Below, one piece after another: positions 20,470-29,775 of a stretch of DNA of 61,537 nucleotides. The notes beneath the pieces are model-generated. The model was not told the DNA's origin. It ran no database searches and worked only from the letters and a program-made list of their open reading frames with translations. The stretch's first letter is position 1. The number at the start of each line of letters is the position of its first letter. Origin of the DNA: Gammaproteobacteria bacterium (GTDB taxonomy: Bacteria; Pseudomonadota; Gammaproteobacteria; UBA1113). The stretch is from assembly GCA_020051015.1 (NCBI GenBank), contig JAGVJQ010000024.1:1-61537 (forward strand), given 5' to 3'. A program made the translations under genes and the position numbers.

Positions 20470-21591
20470 TTATAACCCCAACTTACTATAAACAATGGAG
20501 AAAAAGGCATCCGTTACGATAATCATAAAAATAGCGTGTACCACGCTGATGGTAGTATGTTTACCTACACTTTCAGCACTATTTGTCACTTGTAAACCTT
20601 GAAAACAACCGATTGACGCAATTAACACGGCAAATACCGGAGTTTTAATCATTCCCAACACTAGCATTTTTAGTTCGATTACTTTCCCAAATCGATCGAG
20701 AAAATCCATGTAGGTAATGCTAAATAATAACTTGGCCATTATCATACCGCCGAAAATTCCAGCACACATGGATAATATGGATAATAACGGTAATGCAATC
20801 ACTAAGCCGGAGATTTTAGGCATCACCAATAACTCTGTTGACGATAAACCCATGGTATTTAACGCGTCTATTTCTTGATTCAGTTTCATGGTACCGATTT
20901 GAGCTGCAAATGATGAGCCTGTTCGGCCGGCTACAATAATAGCTGTTAATAACGGCCCAAATTCACGTAAGATCGAGATACCGAGCAAATCAACGACATA
21001 AATTGTGGCACCATAGGTTTCAAGCTGAACTCCCATTTGATAACACAACACTACCCCAATCAAAAATGATAGCAATGATACAATTCCCATTGCTTGATAA
21101 CCTGTTGCGTCAACACAATGAAAAATAGCGGTCCATCGAATTCGTTTAGGATGCTGAAGCCAAAGCCATGTTGCCTCACTGATCTGCCCTAAAAATGATG
21201 TAAATTGTATGGTTTGGCGTTTTAAATAAAGAGCAGCTGTACCAATATTGGCAAGTCCTGATAATTTTTCAGGTGCCGGCTCAGGAGACAACTCATCCCC
21301 TTTTTCCGCCAATTGCATCAAGCGCGTTTGCTCATCGTTTAAATCAGCAAGCTTACAGGTCACATGGCGTTGTTCAAGCTGTTTTATAAATTGGTGGATT
21401 AAACAAGCACCATTCGTATCTAAGCCTTCTATTTTTTCAAAATTCAGCGTTATGGTTTGATTTGATTGGAAAACTCGCGAGTGACTATCGAGAATATTGG
21501 CCGTCAAAAAGCGGGTACACCACATGCCGGTAAAAACCAATGTGTTATTAGTAAATTGAAAAGATGGGAGCTGAACTTCGCTCAAAGTCAC
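20470..21591 (-). CDS. MlaE family permease with N-terminal STAS-like domain
   Basis: LREFGPLLTAIIVAGRTGS, EIDAL..MG, SVGKHTT.SVV motifs; LDTNGA STAS-like motif. Confidence 0.92.
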   Translation of the reverse strand: MTLSEVQLPSFQFTNNTLVFTGMWCTRFLTANILDSHSRVFQSNQTITLNFEKIEGLDTNGACLIHQFIKQLEQRHVTCKLADLNDEQTRLMQLAEKGDELSPEPAPEKLSGLANIGTAALYLKRQTIQFTSFLGQISEATWLWLQHPKRIRWTAIFHCVDATGYQAMGIVSLLSFLIGVVLCYQMGVQLETYGATIYVVDLLGISILREFGPLLTAIIVAGRTGSSFAAQIGTMKLNQEIDALNTMGLSSTELLVMPKISGLVIALPLLSILSMCAGIFGGMIMAKLLFSITYMDFLDRFGKVIELKMLVLGMIKTPVFAVLIASIGCFQGLQVTNSAESVGKHTTISVVHAIFMIIVTDAFFSIVYSKLGL

Positions 21592-21614
21592 TTACCTTAA
21601 AAATTTTAAGGTAA
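21592..21614. promoter_or_regulatory. 23-bp palindrome abutting the mlaE-like start codon
   Basis: ttaccttaaaa-a-ttttaaggtaa. Confidence 0.45.
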
Positions 21615-21687
21615 AGCTTACCGTGGGTGGAAGTGTAAAGCAAGGGAGGAATTGTCGATACTCAACACGCTTGAGTTTTTGGAGTTA

Positions 21688-21724
21688 TGTAACCCGGGTA
21701 GTAAGATCCCCGGGTTACAATACT
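21688..21724. repeat. GTAACCCGGG hairpin repeat
   Basis: tgtaacccggg-tagtaagatc-cccgggttaca; right half identical to window positions 1-19. Confidence 0.75.
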
Positions 21725-21727
21725 ATA

Positions 21728-22828
21728 TTACCTAACTCGTATAGGGGATGGCGTAGGAAGGGTATTGTTTCCTACTTCCATCTCAAAACCAGGTTGAGGT
21801 TGTTGCTTTTGCAACATATCCTGTGTAATTCCTTGGCCTTTCGCGGCTACCGATAGCAATTTGTCATTGCCAACTTGCATCATGAATTCTGGAATTACGC
21901 CTTGCTTTACTGCGGTATTAATTACTTTATCTTGAGCTGCATCGACAGTATCATCTCCTGGAGCCGCGCCAGTTGCCGTTTTCGTCGGCACAACATAACT
22001 AACAATCTTATCCGCTGGTGTATCAGGCCCAGCAATACCATCCTCTGTAAAGGCAATGGGTTCAAATAGGGTATCTTGATTATCAAGCTTGGTTTGTTTA
22101 TTAGCTAACGTACCACCATCGGCAGGTTGTGATGGATCATAACCTAAATCTCTTAATTCTTTTCTTCTACTCTCCAGTGCTTGAGCATTTTCTTGATACA
22201 ACTTCATATAATCATCAAGGGTATCTAAAAATCGTTGATCTGGTTTTTTAAGACCAAACATTAACCAATAAAAATCAGATAGATTGGAACGCATTCCACG
22301 ATCAATACAGGTGATAATAGCACTATTTATGTCACCTTTAAGCGCCTTATCACGGTCAGTTTTCCGCTCAATATCTTTACGTAACTCATTAACTTCTGTT
22401 TCTGTACCATCCGCTCCGACTGATTGGCGAGGTAATGCATCTAACATTTTCTGACGTGCATTTTTAAGCTCTTCTATTTTGCGATTGGCGTCTCTTTTAA
22501 GGAGATCACCGGTCGCGTTAGGCAGAACTGAATTTTTTTCACGATTTATCTCGAGCTGACTGTCTCTTTTGTAATTATCTTGTATGTCACCAATCACCTT
22601 ATCAAACGCAGTAGCTGTCTTTTCTGGAGTTAATTTGTCAGGATTATTAAGATCTAAGCCTGCACTTATTAAATGTTGCTTTAAATCAGAAGACAAATTT
22701 AAGCTATCAATTGTTTTCTTAATCGCCACATTGTCTTGCTCAGCTGTTGGTTTTGAACCAGCACCTAAATTATCAATTGCTTGCTTAAGCGCTTCTGGGT
22801 TTGGCTGATTTTCATTTGACATAATCAT
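21728..22828 (-). CDS. Hypothetical coiled-coil protein (orphan)
   Basis: 366-aa hydrophilic ORF with AAAGGT RBS; no recognisable family. Confidence 0.7.
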   Translation of the reverse strand: MIMSNENQPNPEALKQAIDNLGAGSKPTAEQDNVAIKKTIDSLNLSSDLKQHLISAGLDLNNPDKLTPEKTATAFDKVIGDIQDNYKRDSQLEINREKNSVLPNATGDLLKRDANRKIEELKNARQKMLDALPRQSVGADGTETEVNELRKDIERKTDRDKALKGDINSAIITCIDRGMRSNLSDFYWLMFGLKKPDQRFLDTLDDYMKLYQENAQALESRRKELRDLGYDPSQPADGGTLANKQTKLDNQDTLFEPIAFTEDGIAGPDTPADKIVSYVVPTKTATGAAPGDDTVDAAQDKVINTAVKQGVIPEFMMQVGNDKLLSVAAKGQGITQDMLQKQQPQPGFEMEVGNNTLPTPSPIRVR

Positions 22829-22892
22829 TTACCTTTCAAAGTTATAACCATTGGTTATACATTTTTACATGCTTTATATTAGCACATAAAAC

Positions 22893-23846
22893 TTAAGCCT
22901 TGCTTAGCTGTAACCAGGCTAGATACTTGGCACAACCTTCTTCTACCGTATTAAATGGGGCCTCATAACCCGCCGCTCGTAAAGCACTGATATCGCCCTC
23001 TGTAAAGCTTTGATAACGTCCTTTTAGGTGCTCAGGAAAAGGGATATAGTGTAGTTTAACATGGGTGTGTATTTTTTGCACAGAATGAGCAATATCATTA
23101 AAACTTTGGCTGCGGCCCGTACCGACATTGAAAATGCCTGATACTTTAGGATGCGCGGCTAACCATAAGTTAACATTTACCACATCTTCAACATAAATAA
23201 AATCACGTCGTTGCTCACCATCACCATAGCCATCACACCCTTCAAATAATTTAATAATACCTTCGTTAACTGCTTGATTATTCAAGTGAAATGCTACGCT
23301 CGCCATGCTACCTTTATGCTGTTCACGCGGACCATAAACATTAAAATAACGCAAGCCAACAATTTGGCTCTTAGCCATCGGTAATATACGACGTACATAT
23401 TGATCAAATACTAATTTGGAGTAGCCATAAACATTCAATGGGCATTCAAATTCAGGTTGTTCTTTAAAAACTCGACCCGCTCCATAAACTGCAGCACTGG
23501 ATGCATAAATAAAGGGAATTCGATGAGCTAGGCAATAATGTAATAAGTGCTTGGAATAAGTGAAGTTATTTTCCATCATGGCTTTACCATTCCAGTCGGT
23601 CGTGGTCGAGTTGGCGCCATCATGAAAAATTACTTCGATTTTTTCAGCAAAACTATCATCCGCTAAGATTTTCTTTAAAAACTCATCTTTATCGTAATAA
23701 TCAGCAATAGTGGCATCAGCCAGATTTTTAAAACGCGTACCATCAGTCATATCGTCAACGACGATAATATCAGTACGCCCTGTTTTATTTAGTTGATGAA
23801 CGATATTACTACCAATAAAACCTGCACCACCTGTTACGATAATCAT
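22893..23846 (-). CDS. hldD: ADP-L-glycero-D-manno-heptose-6-epimerase
   Basis: [44 protein letters not shown] motifs. Confidence 0.96.
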   Translation of the reverse strand: MIIVTGGAGFIGSNIVHQLNKTGRTDIIVVDDMTDGTRFKNLADATIADYYDKDEFLKKILADDSFAEKIEVIFHDGANSTTTDWNGKAMMENNFTYSKHLLHYCLAHRIPFIYASSAAVYGAGRVFKEQPEFECPLNVYGYSKLVFDQYVRRILPMAKSQIVGLRYFNVYGPREQHKGSMASVAFHLNNQAVNEGIIKLFEGCDGYGDGEQRRDFIYVEDVVNVNLWLAAHPKVSGIFNVGTGRSQSFNDIAHSVQKIHTHVKLHYIPFPEHLKGRYQSFTEGDISALRAAGYEAPFNTVEEGCAKYLAWLQLSKA

Positions 23847-25282
23847 TCTTTTACCTCATTAATCTTATTTATAATTGCGGTTGTCGAAATACCTTCTTCA
23901 AATCCTAATATTTTCACTTCGCCACCATTAGCAATGACTTCTTTAGCGCCAGCTATTTGATGTACTTGCCAATCTCCACCCTTTACTAAAACATCTGGCA
24001 ATAACTTTGCAATGATGTTTTGCGGAGTATCTTCACTAAATGGCACGACCCAATCCACCGATCTTAATCCTGCTAATACAGCCATGCGACGGTTAAGATT
24101 ATTCAATGGCCGACTTTCACCTTTCAAACGTTTCACGGAGGCATCATCATTGACTGCAACAATTAATCGATCGCCAAGTTTTTTTGCTTGTTCAAGATAC
24201 ATAACATGGCCCGAATGCAAAATATCAAAACAACCGTTAGTCATGACGATGCGTTCACCTTTAGCTTTAGCATGACGCACTTCATCTACTAGTTTGTCTT
24301 CATCCATCACGCCCGATACACCTTCATGCATTTCATCTAATGCCGTTACTAACTCAGGGACGGTAACCGATGCAGTACCTAATTTCCCGACCACAATGCC
24401 GGCCGCCGTATTTGCTAATGTGACGGCATGCAATAAGGATGCGCCAGCTGCCAGCGATGCAGCAGCGACAGCAATAACCGTATCGCCCGCACCGGTAACA
24501 TCGAAAACTTCACGTGCATTGGCTGCTAAATGAAAGGCTGGTTGATTGCGCTCGATTAATGTCATGCCTTGTGAACCACGAGTCACTAATAACGCTTCAA
24601 AATCATAATCGGTTAATAGTTTTTCACCTTTACTCACAATGGTTTGTTCATCAGGACAAGGGCCAACTACCGCTTCAAACTCTTTTAAATTAGGGGTAAT
24701 CAATGTGGCGCCACGATAGGTATTAAAATCATTGGTTTTAGGATCAACTAATACCGGCAAACCCACTTTTTTTGCAGCATGAATAAGATCTTGTAAATTG
24801 TGGACCCCACCTTTGCCATAATCTGACAATATCAGTGCTTTAGCTTTTTTAAATTCATCAATACAAGCGGTTATTAGTGCGCTTTTATCAACATGATCAA
24901 ATCGTTGCTCAAAATCCAGCCGAATCAGCTGCTGGTTCATGCTTAACACGCGCAACTTAGTAATAGTACTTAAACCAGGAATTTTTAACAGTTCAGACTC
25001 AATCTGATTATGGCTCAGTAAATGCTCTAACGTTTCACCCGCTTCATCTACACCACATAAACCAAATAATTTAACGTTGGTGCCGAGACTATGAATATTA
25101 AGCGCCACGTTGGCTGCGCCACCAAGACGATTATCATGTGACTTGATATGCACAACAGGAACAGGCGCTTCAGGGGAAATACGCTGTGTATCACCTTTCC
25201 AGTATCGATCAAGAATCGTATCACCAAAGACTAATACACGAGCCTTATTAAAATCTGGGATGCTCACTCTACTAATATGCAT
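23843..25282 (-). CDS. hldE: Bifunctional heptose-7-phosphate kinase/heptose-1-phosphate adenylyltransferase
   Basis: [36 protein letters not shown] motifs. Confidence 0.97.
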   Translation of the reverse strand: MHISRVSIPDFNKARVLVFGDTILDRYWKGDTQRISPEAPVPVVHIKSHDNRLGGAANVALNIHSLGTNVKLFGLCGVDEAGETLEHLLSHNQIESELLKIPGLSTITKLRVLSMNQQLIRLDFEQRFDHVDKSALITACIDEFKKAKALILSDYGKGGVHNLQDLIHAAKKVGLPVLVDPKTNDFNTYRGATLITPNLKEFEAVVGPCPDEQTIVSKGEKLLTDYDFEALLVTRGSQGMTLIERNQPAFHLAANAREVFDVTGAGDTVIAVAAASLAAGASLLHAVTLANTAAGIVVGKLGTASVTVPELVTALDEMHEGVSGVMDEDKLVDEVRHAKAKGERIVMTNGCFDILHSGHVMYLEQAKKLGDRLIVAVNDDASVKRLKGESRPLNNLNRRMAVLAGLRSVDWVVPFSEDTPQNIIAKLLPDVLVKGGDWQVHQIAGAKEVIANGGEVKILGFEEGISTTAIINKINEVKE

Positions 25283-25310
25283 TCTACGTTTTAATCCTTA
25301 TAAATATTAT

Positions 25311-25457
25311 TATCCATCGTACTTGAAAATGTGGCCAGTGGATGGAGCAAAGGGAGGGCTCCCGTCTGCGCGGAGCTTGCAAGCACGGCGGGATACCCGC
25401 AGCTCCGGGGCCCCACTTGCGTTACTCCCAACTTCGCATTTTCATTGGTGATGGATA
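25311..25457. mobile_element. ERIC/RU-like MITE (about 147 bp)
   Basis: Imperfect TIRs tatccatcgtacttgaaaatg / cattttcattggtgatggata with TA ends; GC-rich structured core. Confidence 0.65.
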
Positions 25458-25578
25458 TGGCTATTCTTAGCAGAAGTATATCATGGCCACCGCACATACT
25501 AAACTAACATCAAAATCTTCTTGACAATTAAAAATGCACATGCATAAATTCTTTTCAGGTGTCTCATGAAAAGGATTT

Positions 25579-26145
25579 TTGATGAGGGTATTGGTTTTAT
25601 TACTTTTTTGTTTAATCTTATCAAGCTGCATGAATGCTGCCATGTCCAGCGCTAATGCCCTTTATGATCACCGTAGCGTGCAAAATAATATTCAAAATCA
25701 CTATCAACAAGTTGCCGTTTACAATGCTATTAAGCAAGACCCTAAAATAAAGCAACCGACCGATATTGGTGTTTCCGCCATTAACAATACCATTTTACTC
25801 ACGGGGCAAACACCGGATTTTGCTAGCCGTCAAGAAGCTGGTTTAGATGCCAAAATGACACCAGATGTTACAACAGTATTGAATTTTATAGATATTTCGC
25901 CGCCAGTTAGTGAAGGAACCAAACTAGCTGATTCGTGGATTACAACCAAAATTAAAACAAAATTTGTTACTAGCAATGATGTAAGTCCTGATAGCATAAA
26001 GATTATTACTGATGATGGGGTTGTTTATTTAATGGGCTCCGTCCCGCGACTGGAAGCCAATGCCGCGATTAATATTGCGCGCGATACAGATGGCGTTAAA
26101 AAAGTGGTGACAGTCATCTATTTCCTTGACCCAAGCACGAGCTAG
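25579..26145 (+). CDS. Dual-BON-domain lipoprotein (DolP/YraP-like)
   Basis: Lipobox LSSC; ILLTGQ, DSWITTKIK, GVVYLMG, GVKKVV motifs. Confidence 0.88.
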   Translation: MMRVLVLLLFCLILSSCMNAAMSSANALYDHRSVQNNIQNHYQQVAVYNAIKQDPKIKQPTDIGVSAINNTILLTGQTPDFASRQEAGLDAKMTPDVTTVLNFIDISPPVSEGTKLADSWITTKIKTKFVTSNDVSPDSIKIITDDGVVYLMGSVPRLEANAAINIARDTDGVKKVVTVIYFLDPSTS

Positions 26146-26150
26146 TATAT

Positions 26151-26302
26151 CAGGGCTCCCTCATTAAAAATTTCAAAGCTCGATGCTGCCTGATTTGAAG
26201 GGCGCCTCGGACCATGGATGGTATGGAGAGCGAGGCCATGGATGGCCGTCCCTGAAAAACCAGGCAGCATCGAGCTTTGAAATTTTTAATGAGATGGCCC
26301 TG
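26151..26302. mobile_element. GGA-hairpin MITE (about 152 bp)
   Basis: Perfect 33-bp inverted repeats at 26160-26192 and 26261-26293; core homologous to the carB insert at 46551-46617. Confidence 0.85.
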
Positions 26303-26398
26303 GTTAGTATATCCGTTGCTCTTGAAAAATTTTTGAAATTAAGGTATAACACTCGTCTTAATAAATTGCACATTGTTTGACCTTCTGAAATTTAGGAG

Positions 26399-26593
26399 AT
26401 GTTTCTTATGCGTTACGATGAAGACTTGCTGGTAGTAGAAGATACCCAAGAAGAAGACGTCGACATCAATAGTATTCTGGCCTCTGCTGAAGCCAAAAAG
26501 CAACAAGTAGAGAAACGCCGCCGCATTGAAGATATCCTTTCTGATAAAGAACTCAAGAAAGTTTATGGCGATCCTTTGCTAGAAGATGAATAA
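26399..26593 (+). CDS. Small acidic protein, PA3496-like
   Basis: AGGAG RBS; KRRRIEDIL..KEL motif. Confidence 0.6.
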   Translation: MFLMRYDEDLLVVEDTQEEDVDINSILASAEAKKQQVEKRRRIEDILSDKELKKVYGDPLLEDE

Positions 26594-26740
26594 GTGTCTG
26601 TTCAAGACAGAAATTAGTAATCAGCTTTAGGGGCTGTAAGCCCTATTATCCCTCTTTGTGTGTTAGCAGAACCCGCTTTGCATTGAGGGACTTTCCTTAC
26701 AAAAACCGATTCCAAGACCACTAACACTAAGAGAGTGATA

Positions 26741-28156
26741 ATGACGAATAACAATGCACTTTTTTCTTTCATTAATAACTTGTGGGATACCTCTATTACA
26801 CCAACCCTCGAAAAATTTATTCGCATCCCTAATAAATCTCCAGCCTTCGATGCTAATTGGCAACAAAATGGCTATATGGCACAGGCAGTTGAGTTGGTTA
26901 GTAACTGGTGCTTACAACAATCCGTAGCAGGATTGGAATTAGAGGTTGTGCAATTACCTGGTCGAACACCCTTGATTTACATCGAAATACCTGGGCAAAT
27001 TGACGAAACAATTGTGCTATATGGTCATCTTGATAAACAACCTGAAATGAGTGGATGGCTAGATGGTTTAGCACCATGGGAGCCGGTGATCAAAGGCGAT
27101 AAATTATATGGTCGTGGTGGTGCTGATGACGGTTATGCTGTTTTTGCATCCTTAGCGGCTATTAAAGCGTTACAAACACAAAATATTCCGCATGCTCGTT
27201 GCGTTATTATTATTGAAGCCTGCGAAGAAAGTGGCAGTTATGATTTACCCGCTTATATTGATGCATTGGAATCACGTATTGGCAATCCTAATTTAGTTAT
27301 TTGTCTTGATTCTGGCTGTGGTAATTACGAACAATTATGGAGTACCACATCATTACGTGGCTTAATTGCTGGTGTTTTAAGTGTAGAGTTATTAACAGAA
27401 GGCGTTCATTCAGGAAATGGTAGTGGCATTATTGCCTCAAGTTTTCGTGTTATACGTCAATTATTAAGTCGTGTTGAAGATGAAAATACTGGTGAACTGC
27501 TACTTGAAGAAATGAATGTCAATATCCCGCAGCAACGTCAACAACAAGCAAAGATTGCAGCCGAAGTACTTGGTGCTCATGTCTATGATGGTTTTCCAAC
27601 TCAATCTGGCGTGAAACCTATTTCCAGTAATTTATCAGAGTTAATTTTAAATCGTACTTGGCGCGCCACATTATCAGTGATTGGTGCCGATGGCATTCCT
27701 GACTTAGCTAATGCCGGTAATGTTTTACGCCCTAAAACAGCCGTAAAACTTTCATTACGATTACCACCAAGTTGCGATGCGGAAAAAGCGAGCGCCGCAC
27801 TGAAAAAGGTATTGGAACGAGATCCACCTTATGGCGCAGTAGTCAGTTATACCCCAGAAAAAGCCTCTGATGGATGGGACGCACCTGAATTAGCCCCGTG
27901 GTTAGCTAAAGCAGCGGAAGAAGCATCAAATTTATATTTTGGTAAATCTGCCGTATACATGGGTGAAGGTGGCAGCATTCCGTTTATGGGTATGTTAGGT
28001 AAAAAATTCCCTCGAGCACAATTCATGATTACTGGTGTACTGGGCCCTCATTCCAATGCACATGGCCCTAATGAATTTTTACATTTACCAACCGGTAAGA
28101 AATTAACTGCTTGTATTGCTCATGTTATTACTGAACATGCAAAATGTAGTTTTTGA
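26741..28156 (+). CDS. M20 family metallopeptidase
   Basis: YGHLDKQP, GRGGADDG, CEESGS, NAHGPNE motifs. Confidence 0.93.
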   Translation: MTNNNALFSFINNLWDTSITPTLEKFIRIPNKSPAFDANWQQNGYMAQAVELVSNWCLQQSVAGLELEVVQLPGRTPLIYIEIPGQIDETIVLYGHLDKQPEMSGWLDGLAPWEPVIKGDKLYGRGGADDGYAVFASLAAIKALQTQNIPHARCVIIIEACEESGSYDLPAYIDALESRIGNPNLVICLDSGCGNYEQLWSTTSLRGLIAGVLSVELLTEGVHSGNGSGIIASSFRVIRQLLSRVEDENTGELLLEEMNVNIPQQRQQQAKIAAEVLGAHVYDGFPTQSGVKPISSNLSELILNRTWRATLSVIGADGIPDLANAGNVLRPKTAVKLSLRLPPSCDAEKASAALKKVLERDPPYGAVVSYTPEKASDGWDAPELAPWLAKAAEEASNLYFGKSAVYMGEGGSIPFMGMLGKKFPRAQFMITGVLGPHSNAHGPNEFLHLPTGKKLTACIAHVITEHAKCSF

Positions 28157-28160
28157 AAAT

Positions 28161-28224
28161 GTAGGGTAGGCTAAATATTGTTGCTCTCGAAGAGGTATCG
28201 CATAACAATATGTGTCCACCCTAC
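28161..28224 (+). repeat. REP-B (GTAGGGTGGGC with extended AATATTGTT stem), copy 1
   Basis: gtagggtaggctaaatattgttgctctcgaagaggtatcgcataacaatatgtgtccaccctac; near-identical copies at 33516 and 59865. Confidence 0.88.
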
Positions 28225-29753
28225 ATTTTATTTACTAACTGCGCCAAATCTGCTTGCACGTTGCTAATGACACTGCCCCAATCTCCATTTTTGCGTTGTC
28301 TATATAAGCGTGCTGACGGATACCATGGAGAGTCATCTCGATCACGCATCCAACGCCAATCTGGTAATGTGGCTAACAAAATCCAAACCGGCTTACCCAA
28401 GGCGCCCGCTAAGTGTGCTATGGCAGTATCAACACAAATAATTAAATCCATTTGCATTATCATTGCAGCAGTATGATCGAAATCGCTCATCTTATTAGTT
28501 AAATCTAATAAGTTATCTGCAGAAAATCCGACCATTTCATCATTTTCTTTTTGTAAATTATAAAACTGGATATCCTTATTATTTAAGATTGGCGCAAATT
28601 GCTGCCATGACATAGAACGAGTTGCATCTTTAGCATGATGTTTACTTCCTTTATAAGAAATGCCTACTTTTAGCTTACGCGTCGTATCTGGAATGGTTAA
28701 TGCTACGGTGGGTGAAAGATAAGGCTTTTTAGCAGCCATTAAATCTTTTTCCCTTATTTTTAAAATAAAAGGGAGGCTCATCATTGGTAAGTAATAATCA
28801 TAACCCGGCACATCATCTCGATTAATGCAAAAATCATCGATTACGGAAATTGATTTAAATAAAGGGATTAACTCTTCTCTGGTTTGTAAAATGATTCGAC
28901 AATTATCTTGTTTAATCCGTGGTAAAAATCGAATAAATTGTATTGCATCACCGCGTCCTTGTTCAGCAATCACTAATAAAGTTTTATTCTTTAATTGCTG
29001 TCCTTGCCAACGTGGATAACGATCATCTTGTAACAACATATTATCTCTGACATCCAGATAGGCATTGCTAAAAAAACGCCATTCATATTCTAGCCAACCC
29101 GCCTTAAAATCTCCTTGTGATAATAAACTCAACGCCATATTCCAATGTGCAGAAGGATAGTTTGGCTTATATTCTATAGCTCGACGATAATAAGATGTTG
29201 CCGTTACACTATCACCTTGAGAATAGTAATAAAATCCTAACTCAAAACATAAACTCGCAGCATCTAATTTTGTTTTCAAAAACTCATGATATATTTGCAA
29301 GGCTTGTTTACATGTGGCTCCTTTAACAAAGTCTTTAATACCTACTAAAGAAATTGCACGGTAATTTTCTGCTTGTTGTTGATAAAGCTCCGCTAAACTT
29401 TCTTTGCTTTGAATATCATTTGGTTGTTTATTTAAGAAGTATTGTAAATCTCGAACTGCAAGATTAATCAATTTCATGTTTTTATACGCAATGGCATTAT
29501 TCTTGCGAAAATGGATAGCATTAGGATTTAGTTCAATTGCTTTTTCCAATAAAGGAGCAACCAACTCATATTCTTTGTTTTGATAATAAGCTAAGCCCAA
29601 ATAATGTAAAGCATCTGCATCATGTGGATGCTCAGTAATGATTTCTTGATAACATTGAATTGCCGAAAGCAAATCACCAGTTGCTTGTTTTTTTTGTGCA
29701 TCTTCAAGCCGCATTTTTATCAGATTGAATTGCTTATTTTTCTTATCATCCAT
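28221..29753 (-). CDS. TPR-repeat protein with glycosyltransferase family 9-like C-terminus
   Basis: TPR motifs; GWLEYEWR, AEQGRGDAIQFIRF, DTAIAHLAGALGKP, DWRW...SPWYPS. Confidence 0.88.
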   Translation of the reverse strand: MDDKKNKQFNLIKMRLEDAQKKQATGDLLSAIQCYQEIITEHPHDADALHYLGLAYYQNKEYELVAPLLEKAIELNPNAIHFRKNNAIAYKNMKLINLAVRDLQYFLNKQPNDIQSKESLAELYQQQAENYRAISLVGIKDFVKGATCKQALQIYHEFLKTKLDAASLCFELGFYYYSQGDSVTATSYYRRAIEYKPNYPSAHWNMALSLLSQGDFKAGWLEYEWRFFSNAYLDVRDNMLLQDDRYPRWQGQQLKNKTLLVIAEQGRGDAIQFIRFLPRIKQDNCRIILQTREELIPLFKSISVIDDFCINRDDVPGYDYYLPMMSLPFILKIREKDLMAAKKPYLSPTVALTIPDTTRKLKVGISYKGSKHHAKDATRSMSWQQFAPILNNKDIQFYNLQKENDEMVGFSADNLLDLTNKMSDFDHTAAMIMQMDLIICVDTAIAHLAGALGKPVWILLATLPDWRWMRDRDDSPWYPSARLYRQRKNGDWGSVISNVQADLAQLVNKM

Positions 29754-29775
29754 GATAGTACCTTTTTAAGCACTG

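Noticed and set aside
26173-26380. Two overlapping 65-66 aa ORFs
   Set aside because: They are open frames through the MITE palindrome, with no evidence that they are genes.
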